From Eledone cirrhosa (Eukaryota): 64,000 nt of DNA. The translations under genes were made by a program, and so were the position numbers. Below are positions 52,444 to 64,000 of this stretch, one piece after another; positions within the stretch are counted from its first letter, which is position 1; each line of letters begins with the position of its first letter. The notes under the pieces were generated by a model, which saw only the letters and a program-made list of their open reading frames with translations, did no database searches and had not been told where the DNA came from. Location of the stretch: contig OZ024754.1 in NCBI GenBank assembly GCA_964016885.1, positions 43,896,001 through 43,960,000 on the forward strand, given 5' to 3'.

Positions 52444-54987
52444 TGCTATAAAAACTACCAAAGCTTCATAAAAAACAGTATTTATTTCCAATTCCATTGA
52501 ATGGAACAAACGAGAGTTAAATTTCAGCCAGTATTTTAAGTACAGTACCTGTTCTCCAAAACCAGGTAGGTACAATACCTGGTCCCTACAACCAGGTAGG
52601 TACAATATCTGTTCCCCACAACCAGGTAAACTGAGGTATATAGAATTGTTCTTAGAAACACAATAAAACACCTGCTGCAGGTATAAGCTCTTCTAAGTCT
52701 TAATGTCATTTCAACCTACACAGAGCTAAATATTAACCCTTTCATTACCATATTTCTAATGAAAGACACTGTCTATGTCTTTAACCCTTTCATTACCATA
52801 TTTCTAATGAAAGACACTGTCTATGTCTTTAAGCCTTTCATTACCATATTTCTAATGAAAGACACTGTCTGTCTTTAACCCTTTCATTACCATATTTCTA
52901 ATGAAAGACACTGTCTATGTCTTTAACCCTTTCATTACCATATTTCTAATGAAAGACACTGTCTGTCTTTAACCCTTTCATTACCATATATCTAATGAAA
53001 GACACTGTCTATGTCATTAACCCTTTCATTACCATATTTCTAATGAAAGACACTATCTATGTCTTTAACCCTTTCATTACCATATTTCTAATGAAAGACA
53101 CTGTCTATGTCATTAACCCTTTCATTACCATATTTCTAATGAAAGACACTGTCTGTCTTTAACCCTTTCATTACCATATTTCTAATGAAAGACACTGTCT
53201 GTCTTTAACCCTTTCATTACCATAGAAAATAGCCCCTATGGCAAGCAAAGAAATTGTGCAACTGCCCAGCACTGTATATTTACCTATGGAGACCTAACAA
53301 TTTATATAAATGGTTTCATGATCCAACCACCAGTGTTCTCACCCTTGATAATCAAAGACAGATCATACATCTGAAGGAGTTTCTTTTTTCACTCTCCAAC
53401 GAGGCTTATTTGACTTTAATATGCTTGCCATACGTAGTTACGCCACTGTATGCACCCCAGTACTTGACTGGTACTGTTTCATCCACCCCAGAATACAGAA
53501 AGGTAAAGATGACTCCTGCATGATTTGAACTCAGAATCTAAAGAGACAGAACCGAATGCTACAATAATAATGGTTTATGATTTAGGCACAAGACCTACAA
53601 CATTGGGAGAGGGGGAAAAGTAGATTAGATCGACCCCAGTGTATTACTGACGTTAACCGAAACGCTGACGTTAACCGAAACGCTGACGCTGATGTAGATG
53701 TAAATACTTTAGCTTCTACTGAGGGTCGCCGTCAAGGCTAACAAACTGAAATAACCGATAGAGTAGAATACCGCGTGGCAAATAGCCGAAATAAGGATGA
53801 AAGGCAAAGAAAGCTAACCTCGGTGGGATTTGAACTCAGAACGTAAAGGGCCATAACTCTCCCCTCCCCAGATTAAACAACGGCGAAGTTGAAAAAAGGC
53901 GGAATTTCAATTCAGAATTAAAGACACGTAACTGAATACTAAACAATAACATTTTATATGTGTACTGACGAAAACCGGATATAATATATTGTATGTATCA
54001 TATGTCACATACAATGGTTTGTAATTATTTCTACTATTGGTACAAGGCCAGCAATTTGGCGGGGATTGGAAAGTCGATTAAATCGACCCCAGTGCATTAC
54101 TGATACTTTATTTATCGTCCCCCAGTGCATTACTGCTACTTTATTGATCGACCTCCGTAAGGATGAAAGGCAAAGCTAACCTCGGAGTTCAAATCCTGCC
54201 GAGGTTAACCTTGCCTTTCACCATTACGGAGTCGATAAAATAATAATGTACCAGTAATGCACTGGGGTGATTGCTGGCCTTGTGCCAAACGTATAAACAA
54301 CTATAATACATTGTATATGACATAATCTGAAAGTTATGGAATCACTAAGTGATAACCACAGTAAGGTTCTCAATACATTAGTAGAGTATATACAAAGTTT
54401 AATATAAAAATGGATTCTACAGGACTAGAACTGTTTCATTCCTGATGATTTCCTTCGAATGAAACAGTTCTAGTCCAGTAGAATCCATTTCTATATTAAA
54501 TCTTATATATATATATATATAAATCAGGAAAGAAGAGTGACACGGTTTGCTATATATATATATATATATATATTAAAATAACAGATTAAAGTTTAAGCAA
54601 AGAGTAGCTGCTTTCACCCTAAGATCCCATTAAGGGTGAAAGCAGTGATATTTTGCTTAAACTTTAATCTGTTATCTTAATAAATATTTGCTCTAGGGTT
54701 CTTATATATTTGATATATATTTATCTTTATCGAGCCCTCTTTGGATTTTAGTCTTCACATTTATCCACATAAGTGGAAGGGATATTTAATTTGTTGGAAA
54801 TTCAACAAATATAAATGACTACCCAAGGAATATTCAACTGATAGGGTATGTTTTCCTTGGTTATGTCAACATCTATAAAACACTCTTTGTATTTTATCTG
54901 ATGAAAGCGTACCAAAGTTTTTGGTACCCTTGAAATATATATAGAATAAATATGGTTTTATAAATATAGTTTCCATTTATTTAATAT

Positions 54988-55056
<69 letters not shown>

Positions 55057-55325
55057 AAACTATATAAACACATGCATTCGGAATAGTCGGTATAAGAATC
55101 GTAGTTTCCGTCAATGCTATATAATTAAGAATCTATTAGTAGTTAATGAGAGAGGGGGGGGGGTAGAACATTTACCTATATATAGCCGTTTACTCACTAA
55201 TTAAAAAAAAAGAAATATGGTAGACCGTGTCAACAGTTCCAGGTCACAATAAACACCACATTTCTCTCTAGTATGTTGTTCCACACTTCTTTGTGTATTT
55301 CCTTTCTATACGAATAACACTATGT

Positions 55326-55361
<36 letters not shown>

Positions 55362-55946
55362 GCTGCCAACTCGTTTTCGAGTACGGCCACTACTTTATAT
55401 CCATGTAGGAGAACCCCTACCGATGCGCTGAACGAGTGTGAATTTTTAGTCCAGCCAACGACTTGAAAACTCTGGTACAAACACTACACTTGTGACAATT
55501 ACTGACACATAGTGCTGGGCCCATGGTACCATGTGACGACAAGTGCAGAGAGATCTCCAGATATAAAGCAATGCCTGTGCCGTGAAGCTTTTATAGTGAG
55601 CAAAGGCACTGCACAAAGCCAGTCCCACTCTCTTAACCAAGATGATATTTACCAAAAAGAAGAACAAGTCAACATCATTGGATACCATCAGGGTTGCAGG
55701 TGTTATATCAGAGTTTTCCTTCTCCTAGAATTCTGCCTTGACAAAGGCTAAGGGGTCATCTCTCCCAGTGATTTTGGATGGCCATTGACTCTTAAGAGCT
55801 CCTTTGCCCTTTGACAGGTTTTGTTTTTAGCTAGTCCTGCAGGATGTCCAAAGTCACCCTCCTCACCAAGAAACCTTGGTGGGGTTGCCAGTTTAGTCGC
55901 CAACGACCCGACCATGATATATATATATATGTATACATACATACAT

Positions 55947-55987
<41 letters not shown>

Positions 55988-56176
55988 CACACACACATAT
56001 ATACACATACATGTGTATATGTATGTATATATATATATATATATATTCTACTGTTGACGTTAGGAAGTGCATCCAGGCCAGAAACAGTCCTATACGAGCG
56101 AGCCACGAGCATCTGATGGGACAAACATGTCTAACCCATGCTCATGGAAAATAGACGTTAAACGATGATGAAGATG

Positions 56177-56208
<32 letters not shown>

Positions 56209-57057
56209 CAAGGGCGGTGGAGCAAATTTGGTCTATTTAGTTTTTGTGATTAGTTTAACTCTTTGCACTCTACAAATGCGCAGAAACCGTAGATATGCGA
56301 TAAACATGACATGTACATAAATTGTAGCACATATATAATTAGATGCGAGTTTTTGGTGGTCTGGGGAGAACATATATAATTATTGGGTGGTGGGGGCATG
56401 GCTCCCCTGCCCCCTCCCCAGTTCCACCGCCCTTCATATAGTAATAATTGTTTCTACTTTTGGCACAAGGCCAGCAATTATCCCAGTGTATTACTGGTAC
56501 TTTATTGTATCGCCCCCGTAAGGATGAAAGGCAAAGTTAACCTCGGCGGGATTTGAATTCAGTCCGTAAATAATAATAGTAGTTATGGTAGTTATAATAA
56601 TAATAGTAAATAGTAGTTATAGTAGTAGAGTAAAAAATGTGGTCGGAAGAGGCCCACACACTCAATCATAAAACACATAATGGGCGCTGGAGTTTCCCTT
56701 TAATAATAATTATGGTAAACCAACACAGTGGCACCATGGCCGCAACTGGTAGCTAATTCAGATGCAATTCTTGTAATAATAAAATACTTTCCCCAATACA
56801 CCGAGACAACACCTTAAATCTTTAAATACTATTTTGGGTTCGTCAAAGATGAGGCCCGTGTAGATAATGTAAACTGACAGTAAATTATATGGCTTCTACA
56901 AGACTAGAACTGTTTCATTCGGGAGAAATCATCTGATGATTTCTCCCGAATGAAACAGTTCTAGTCCCGTAGAAGCCATTTCTATATTAAGTATTTATAC
57001 TCTGCTATGTATTGAGTACCTTACTTACTGTGGTTACCTCCGATTCAACCCGAGATA

Positions 57058-57118
<61 letters not shown>

Positions 57119-57297
57119 ATGGATGCAGTAAAAACCAGTTAGACCATTTCTCACAAGAGTACTCGATACTTGGGGGTCTTGAGGTAGTAGGGTGGGTAAT
57201 ACGAAAAATTCGGCACCCCGGCGGCAGAGCCCCAGCAGTTTCAACAGCTAGATCCGAACGTTGAAAGGGCAGGAGCTCAGCCGTCAGTGTCACGAAT

Positions 57298-57341
<44 letters not shown>

Positions 57342-58204
57342 GAAGCTTCACTACACACAATCCACTTTACTTGTATTTAATGTTCTACAGGCGGAAGAAG
57401 GTGTGATAAATATCTTTTAGATAATGACAAACAAAATCAACATGGACAGACACGATATCCTACAAGTCCATCAGATTTTTAAATAAAATCATTTACTTAG
57501 GTTGTTTAGAAAATAATGGTCAAGTTAAGAAAGAATTACATTTTATATCACACTTAATATATCATAGGTTATATTATTGGCTGAGTTATCAAGTGAGGTT
57601 ATTGAATTGATGACCATCGAACAGTTCGGAAATAGACTCGATATGTATTGACTTTGAAGAGCTTTCTAATAATGGAATATAGTTGATATAAAATAACCAA
57701 TATTTACAGATATGAGGCTTCGTAACCGTAAAATATAAATAATATTTCAGGTGGACAAAAGGGTGTGACATGTGAGTAAGCCATTAGAGTTATGAAAACC
57801 TACTGAGCTTTGTCTCATAACAAACATACAAAATACTGGTAGGCTGTAAGAGATATTTACAGGTATATATACTATCATTTCATATTTACACACTGAACGT
57901 TTGTGTGTGTATATATAAAATATTTATATATACATATATTATGTAAAATTGACATAAAGTTAACTCATTAAAGGTGAGATAGGGAAAACGTTAGTTGATT
58001 ACTTGAGAGTGAAGAGAGAGCGTCGCCCTTAGCTAGAGACCAATGTAAACAACTAACTAATATTAACTAATATATACTGATAAATATATTTACTTGTGTG
58101 GCTTTGAAGACTTTGATCCCTTGTTCTGGTAAACATGTTGTAAGATGAAGAAAGCAAATAAAGAAGAAAACATAAATGCTATAAAAACTGTTCATAGCTG
58201 ACAT
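35430..58204 (-). CDS. TMEM87A: Transmembrane protein 87 (TMEM87A/B-like, GOST family 7TM), 20 exons, ~564 aa
   Basis: Exons 58094-58204, 51503-51563, 50956-51059, 49980-50090, 48891-48935, 45850-45954, 45170-45266, 44497-44558, 44231-44351, 43868-43930, 43214-43313, 42770-42863, 41661-41738, 40652-40760, 39311-39369, 38192-38295, 37138-37208, 36602-36675, 35901-35953, 35430-35502 give one frame with a signal peptide. Motifs include [110 protein letters not shown] and [17 protein letters not shown]. Confidence 0.95.
36130..36582. repeat. 30-bp minisatellite
   Basis: Unit CACATGGTCTATTACTATAGTAGGTAC and variants. Confidence 0.93.
38671..38965. repeat. 60-bp tandem repeat (~5 copies)
   Basis: Unit AAACATAGGTTAGTCATTGACCGAACTGTAGGGGTTTCTTTACCCTGGAGGGAGGGGAT. 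Confidence 0.93.
39480..40626. repeat. 48-bp satellite (TTAA-CCCTTT type); same family at 36738-36950 and, inverted, at 52733-53222
   Basis: Unit GAAAGGGTTAATGACATAGACAGTGTCTTTCATTAGAAATATGTTAAT. Confidence 0.93.
40761..41660 (-). other. U12-type (minor spliceosome) AT-AC intron of TMEM87
   Basis: 5' end |ATATCCTTTA, branch site TTTCTTAAC about 10 nt from a terminal AC|. Splicing joins ...AAICWW|IFSGLVQTT... in frame. Confidence 0.93.
42147..42290 (+). mobile_element. tRNA-derived SINE, second family
   Basis: A box TGGCTTAGTGG, B box GAGTTCAATTC, then CCTTGAGCAAGACACTT; antisense copy at ~43700-43825. Confidence 0.8.
45320..45620 (+). mobile_element. RTE/Expander-like LINE 3' fragment (others at ~29305-29430 and 50715-50880)
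   Basis: Translates [37 protein letters not shown]; 50740-50850 gives VFVPTLTYG...[12 protein letters not shown]. Both resemble RTE ORF C-terminal motifs. Confidence 0.75.
46805..48680. repeat. ~60-bp minisatellite (~30 copies) in TMEM87 intron
   Basis: Unit GGAACAGCTATTGAAACAGACATCTGTAGGGTGAAAGAAGCAACCAGGGAGGTTACTCAACAGAT. Confidence 0.97.
54890..54950 (+). ncRNA. Diverged hammerhead-like copy of the 8969-9034 motif (probably inactivated)
   Basis: TATTTTAT-CTGATGA-AAGCGTACCAAA-GTT-TTTGGTACCCTT-GAAA-TATATATA-GAATAAA. The flank is homologous to 9035-9075; a 3-nt deletion shifts stem I. Confidence 0.4.
55680..55915 (-). mobile_element. Possible RTE-like retrotransposon 5' region embedded in (TA)n
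   Basis: Minus strand contains CTAGGAGAAGGAAAACTCTGA, a motif I recall from RTE 5' UTRs; no ORF support. Confidence 0.35.
56210..56434. mobile_element. MITE with 12-bp TIR (PIF/Harbinger-like)
   Basis: AAGGGCGGTGGA ... TCCACCGCCCTT with subterminal GGGGGCATGGCTCCCCTGCCCCC. Confidence 0.6.
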
Positions 58205-58639
58205 GGTTTGAGAAACAACGTCAAACCATGATGTAGTCTCGTAGTAAATATAATTCTAGTCCAACACTAACAACGTGTCAGTAACAATAAAATAGAAAAA
58301 CAACACAACCAACCATAAAAAATATATATTTATTACAATATAAATATATGAAAATTTTAATTACTACTATAATATTTAATATCACAATATTTAACAAGAT
58401 ATCATGTTAATTCTAGGATATCTAGTCATGATTTGGTGCGGAGTTAATAATCAATGTCGACTGGTTTACAATCGATCGGCTGCTTACGTGATCAGTTATT
58501 ACTGGCAAAATATTGCTTCTATTATTGAGTATTTACTCGACTACAGTTTCTTTTCAACCATATTTCAATTTTCGTTTGTTTCTGTCTGGTTTGTAAATAT
58601 TTATAAAACGGGGGAAAGTAACCCTCGAGTTTATCAAAG
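58205..58639. promoter_or_regulatory. Putative bidirectional promoter TMEM87/ERLEC1
   Basis: Divergent ATGs 435 bp apart; locally CpG-enriched relative to flanks. Confidence 0.65.
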
Positions 58640-61600
58640 ATGAGTTTCCTCTGTGAAACATTTGTTTTCCTCCTTCTTTCGTTTGTGATGTGTATTCTAG
58701 CCAACTTCAGCCCCTTTATGGACAATGAACTATTTCTTATTAACTGGGCTGGGCCTATGCCCCTAGAAAAGGTAAGTAAATTCATCTAAGACTCTCTTAC
58801 ATTTGTCAGTTTGTCACTTGATTCTTCGTTGATAAAATTCTAAACACAATTAAATCTCATCTAAGCACATCATGGCCATATATACTGCTATAAGGTACTT
58901 AGAGGCTTTCATTTAATTTATATATGTATTTTACTAGGTTCTATCACTAAGATATATAAGTGAAACTAAATGAGATGTTGTAGCGTTCATTCCTTTTCCC
59001 AGATCATTATCAGAGGAAGATCAAATAAATGTTTGTGAGAATCGAAACTTTGCTGTCGACTGAGCTTAATATAAAATACTTTCAACGATTTCTACTATAA
59101 ATTATGTTAAATACTATTAAATATAGTTTATTCTGCGATCATTAAATCTTAGAATTACCTCAGAAAATACCATATTTTGGGTTGCAAGAAATTCCAGGGT
59201 TTTGTTGTGTTAAGTAAATATGATCTTAATTTGGAAGTTTTTAAATCTTTCTTTGTTTTTATAAATAATTCCCAGTTAGATTTCTCTGAAGTATATAACG
59301 GGAGAATATCAATACAAATTACACTTGATAAATAATTAGAAGTTCAGAAATTTAATTTATAAGTAAATATTCTGAGATATTCTGTTTTCTGCCGAGGAAT
59401 AGATGAAATAGTTCGATAAGATAATTAGTAGATTATATAAAATGTATTGGAATAATAATTACTTATCACTTATCATAGACTTTTAACGTTTGTTAGAAAT
59501 AAATCGTTTGTGTTTTTATGGTTATTTTAATCAGCTCTGGCGAGTTATTGTTTGGTCATTTTCAGGTGTGTCACAGCTTTAGTCTATTTAAGATTTGATA
59601 AGAAGACACTTCCCAGCAGAATTTATTACAGATAACATTCCCATAAAGCATAGAAGTATTATGTTATAGAGAAAATTAAACTATACTCTCAGCTGTGTCA
59701 AATGGTCTTGATACTCTAATAAGCATTGTTACAAGTATTTGTTACTTTATTGTCACATATTTTCTTTGCAGGTTGACTTTCCAACTTCACGTTTTGTAAC
59801 AGTCATGACGAACAATAAAGAAAAATATCATTGTATTCTGCCAGAAGAAAGACTTAATGAAAACAGTGTTGGTATTCTATTATACTTCTATATACACCGC
59901 ACCTATATACACCACATCTATATACTCCACATCTATCTACACCACATCTTTATATACCACATCTACCTACACCACATCTATATATACCACATCTATCTAC
60001 ACCACATCTATCTATACCACATCTATCTACACCACATCTATCTATACCACATCTATCTACACCACATCTATATATACCACATCTATCTACACCACATCTA
60101 TCTATACCACATCTATCTACACCACATCTATCTATACCACATCTATCTACACCACATCTATCTATACCACATCTATCTACACCACATCTATATATACCAC
60201 ATCTACCTACACCACATCTATATATACCACATCTATCTACACCACATCTATCTATACCACATCTATCTACACCACATCTATCTATACCACATCTATCTAC
60301 ACCACATCTATCTATACCACATCTATCTACACCACATCTATATATACCACATCTACCTACACCACATCTATATATACCACATCTATCTACACCACATCTA
60401 TCTATACCACATCTATCTACACCACATCTATCTATACCACATCTATCTACACCACATCTATCTATACCACATCTATCTACACCACATCTATCTATACCAC
60501 ATCTATCTACACCACATCTATATATACCACATCTATCTACACCACATCTATATATACCACATCTATCTACACCACATCTATCTATACCACATCTATCTAC
60601 ACCACATCTATATATACCACATCTATATACTCCACATCTATCTACACCACATCTATCTACACCACATCTATCTACACCACATCTATCTACACCACATCTA
60701 TATATACCACATCTATCTACATCTTCTTGTGACACTAAACTCTGCCAGTTACAGACAGTGCATTAACATGTGATATCTCTCTCCACAAAGTTAAATCACC
60801 AGCAGCAGAGTTTAAAGAGCAAAGATCAAGTCCAGTCCATGAATTACATTGTCAAGCCATCATCTTGGCTGCCAGCCTCTGCTTCTCTCACCAGCCAACC
60901 TTCCTTCCAGACATAACCTACTCACACCACTTCTATCTACATTATTCAATGTGCCTTTCATGTTTTAAAGATGATAAAGTGTTATTTAAGAGAGGTTTGG
61001 CTGCAGTTTCTAGTAAGTCAAGCCAATATGTAGAGGACTCCTCATAGACTTGTAAACATTGTGAACCCATTCGTTAACATCTTAATTTAATTTCTACCAG
61101 GGTTTTTGATTCAGGCAATGTCTATTTTGTTTTCTCAGATTTCCGAAAAAGACCAAATGCAAGAATCATCAAGTGAAATCATGCAACGACTGTTTGATAA
61201 AAAAATATGTTCATATCGGGTAATTTGACAGCAATTTTTCATGTTATAAAACTTGTGGTGAGAGAAAATATTTTTAAATATTTTATTTATAAAGCAAAAA
61301 GAAACCAATTTAACAATTATCATTGTTGAGTTTCAGGCTGGTGGATTGGCAGAATCGGTAGAGTGTTGGACAAAATGCTTTGCAGTATTTAGTTACGGCC
61401 CTTTACGTTTTGTGTTCAAATCCCACAGAGGTTAGCTTTGCATTTTATCAATAAAATAAAGCACCAGTAAGCACTGGGGTCAATTTAATCACATGTAATA
61501 TGGTGGTGATGACTGTGATGATGATGATGATTGCCCTCCACAACAGTAGGAATTCTTTAAGTGCTCTACTTTACTCATTAATTTCCTGTACATCAACACA

Positions 61601-63709
61601 TCTTTTTATTACTAATTAACTTTATAATTCTTCCTAGATTGAAAGTTTTTGGACCTATGAACTTTGTCACGGCAAATACATGAGGCAGTACCATGAAAGC
61701 AAAGATTTAGGCAAGGTAAGTCAACTTTTCTGTAGGATATCCCACCTTTCTGCTCTTAACCCTTTAGCATTCACATTACTCTGCATTTACTATTGTATTT
61801 TCGTTATTATTATTATCAGTCACCAATTTTCACTAATCCTGTCTATATACAATCTACCATTGTTACAGAAACGCCAAATACAGGAATATTTCCTTGGTTA
61901 CAATAAAGGATCAAATTTAGAAAGGTCTGGAGGTATGTCTTGTTTTGTTTCTTTCTATCATTACAATTGTCATTGAGGTCATTACCATTCTGTAGATGTC
62001 ATAATTAGTGCTGTGGATTAACAGTATTCAATCCTACAACTTTGAAACTCTGAGCCTGAGCTTTATTTATGGTCATAGCAAAACTGTCTCTAAAAGGGAA
62101 CTGAAGTCTTGAGAATTTGAATGGCAGTTAGGTAGAGGAAGGGATTATAATTTATTAGTATTTATTGAAATATAAGGAAATTAAGTTATCTAACTTTGAA
62201 AGTTGTTTTTCTTTATTTTGAATAATTTATATTGTGTGTCTTAAAATATAAATATACAAACATACATATAAATACACAAACATATAAATATACAAACATA
62301 CATATAGATATACATACATATAAATATACAAACATACATATAAATATACAAACATACATATAGATATACATACATATAAATATACAAACATACATATAGA
62401 TATACATACATACAAATATACAAACATACATATAGACATACATACATGGTATACCATGGAAAGCCATTAACTAACGTAATTACTAACCCTTTTATCCACT
62501 CAATCAATTATTGATCTGACAGTCCTAACTCTTTTATCTGCAGCTTCCAAAGTTACTGCATCATCAATTGGAAATCCACCAGTAAGTATTGCTATACAAT
62601 GTATCTCGTTATATTTGGGGAGGGTCATATTGTTATAAAATGGCAGAAATATATATTAAAACACACTCACCATTTCTGGCAATATTATAACAACATGGAC
62701 CTCCTCAAATATAACAATATTTGTTTCAACACACAATTTCATATCAAAAACCTTGCAAAACAAATTCATCGCCGTCACAATAATGTATCTTATTTCCTTT
62801 TGATAGAATGTTTTACAGTAATTGTTCCAGTCTTTGCACTCTAAGTTTAAATCTCACCAAGGTCAACTTTGCCTTTAATCCTTTCGAGGTTAATAAAAAA
62901 ATGTTTAAGTATTGATATACATGATAAACTCTCTCATTTTCTTTTGATGGGTCTTACACTTCTAATATAACTCTTAACTGCATTGCCTTTATATGACAAT
63001 GGCTGTATGTAGTCTTATTTTCTGTCTACTCCTTTATTTATTTATATTCATACATACACACGGTGGTGAATTGACAGTCATGAGAACATTCAATAGAATT
63101 CATTACAATATTCATACTGGTTCTCTGCATTCTGAATTCAAATCTTGGCAAGGTTAACTTTGTCTTTATATCTTTTCGAGGATGATAAAAAACAGTACCA
63201 GCTCAGTACTGAGATTGAGGTTTTCTCTATATCTTCTTTTTTGTACTTCCTCTCTCATACTTTCTTTCTCCTTTGTTGGAAGAAATCGACTGTGTTCAGA
63301 CCTGGAGATGGTATCTCTGCCATACTTAACCCTTTAGCATTTAAACCGGCCATATCTGGCCATAATTCTCTCACCTCTTTCTGTTCAAACCGACCATAAC
63401 CAGCCACTCATACTTTGCCATGGATAAAGCTGAGGCTGTATATATTTTAACTGTCCATTGATATTTCCCCAAACTGTCTTCATTTCAGGTACACACACGA
63501 AAAGTTGATGGTCTTGACTTACCTTACTTTCAAGTAAATATAACAGACGGAACCGTTTGTGATTTGACTGGAGGATCAAGACAAGCTGCCATTCTGTATG
63601 TCTGTCAACCAGAAGGCCGAGGAGAAATCTTTGAAATGAAAGAAGTATCTACATGTGAATATGAGATTATTGTACTTACATCAGTTCTCTGCAGCCACCC
63701 AGATTTTAA
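58640..63709 (+). CDS. ERLEC1: Endoplasmic reticulum lectin 1 (XTP3-B), 5' exons; gene continues beyond window
   Basis: Exons 58640-58771, 59772-59867, 61139-61219, 61638-61715, 61869-61932, 62544-62581, 63489-63709. Signal peptide, [66 protein letters not shown]...[22 protein letters not shown] (MRH/PRKCSH domain). Confidence 0.93.
59890..60720. repeat. 15-bp minisatellite in ERLEC1 intron 2
   Basis: Unit ACACCACATCTATCT / ATACCACATCTATCT; source of the His/Tyr and TTSIY ORFs. Confidence 0.97.
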
Positions 63710-64000
63710 GTAAGTCTCTTATTTCTCAACCCAAACTATTTGTAAGTCTAGGTCAGTGATTCCCAGCATGGAGCACACATCCCACAGGGAAAACAATTTG
63801 AATATTTAAGGGAGCTATTTGAAAATGATGTTAATGAGAACAAATCTCAGGTTTTACTTTATTACTTTTACACCAAGGCAACTTTGGTACACATTACTGT
63901 CAGAAACCCGTCTTATCTCCTCCACATGTTATTGTATATCTGGCACCACCTATATGGTACACATTACTGTCAGAAATTCCTGTCTCACCTCCTCATATGT

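Noticed and set aside
55680-55915. HDV-like ribozyme at the putative RTE 5' end
   Set aside because: Could not build the nested double pseudoknot by eye.
59739-60773. His/Tyr-rich 344-aa ORF resembling a structural protein
   Set aside because: It is ERLEC1 exon 2 read through into a 15-bp intronic minisatellite.

Overview
Eukaryotic, AT-rich, intron-containing animal genomic DNA. The SINE/MITE repertoire and long (TA)/(CA) microsatellites suggest an octopod cephalopod (inference). Almost all long ORFs in the supplied track are translations of tandem repeats. Manual splicing recovers seven conserved genes in strictly alternating orientation: WDR92/DNAAF10 (+, 3' end only), MED6 (-), ERH (+), PIGH (-), PCLAF/PAF15 (+), TMEM87 (-, 20 exons, one U12 AT-AC intron) and ERLEC1 (+, 5' part). 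Six of them form three head-to-head pairs with start codons 435-510 bp apart. Introns are filled with tRNA-derived SINEs, piggyBac/Tc1-mariner/hAT MITEs, RTE and CR1/L2-like LINE remnants, and many minisatellites, several built from transposon ends. The most unusual feature is a ~2.7 kb foldback structure in MED6 intron 1 whose two outer ends each carry a candidate minimal type-I hammerhead ribozyme. A third, diverged copy of that motif and several hammerhead-core-like hairpins sit in or near (TA)n tracts.
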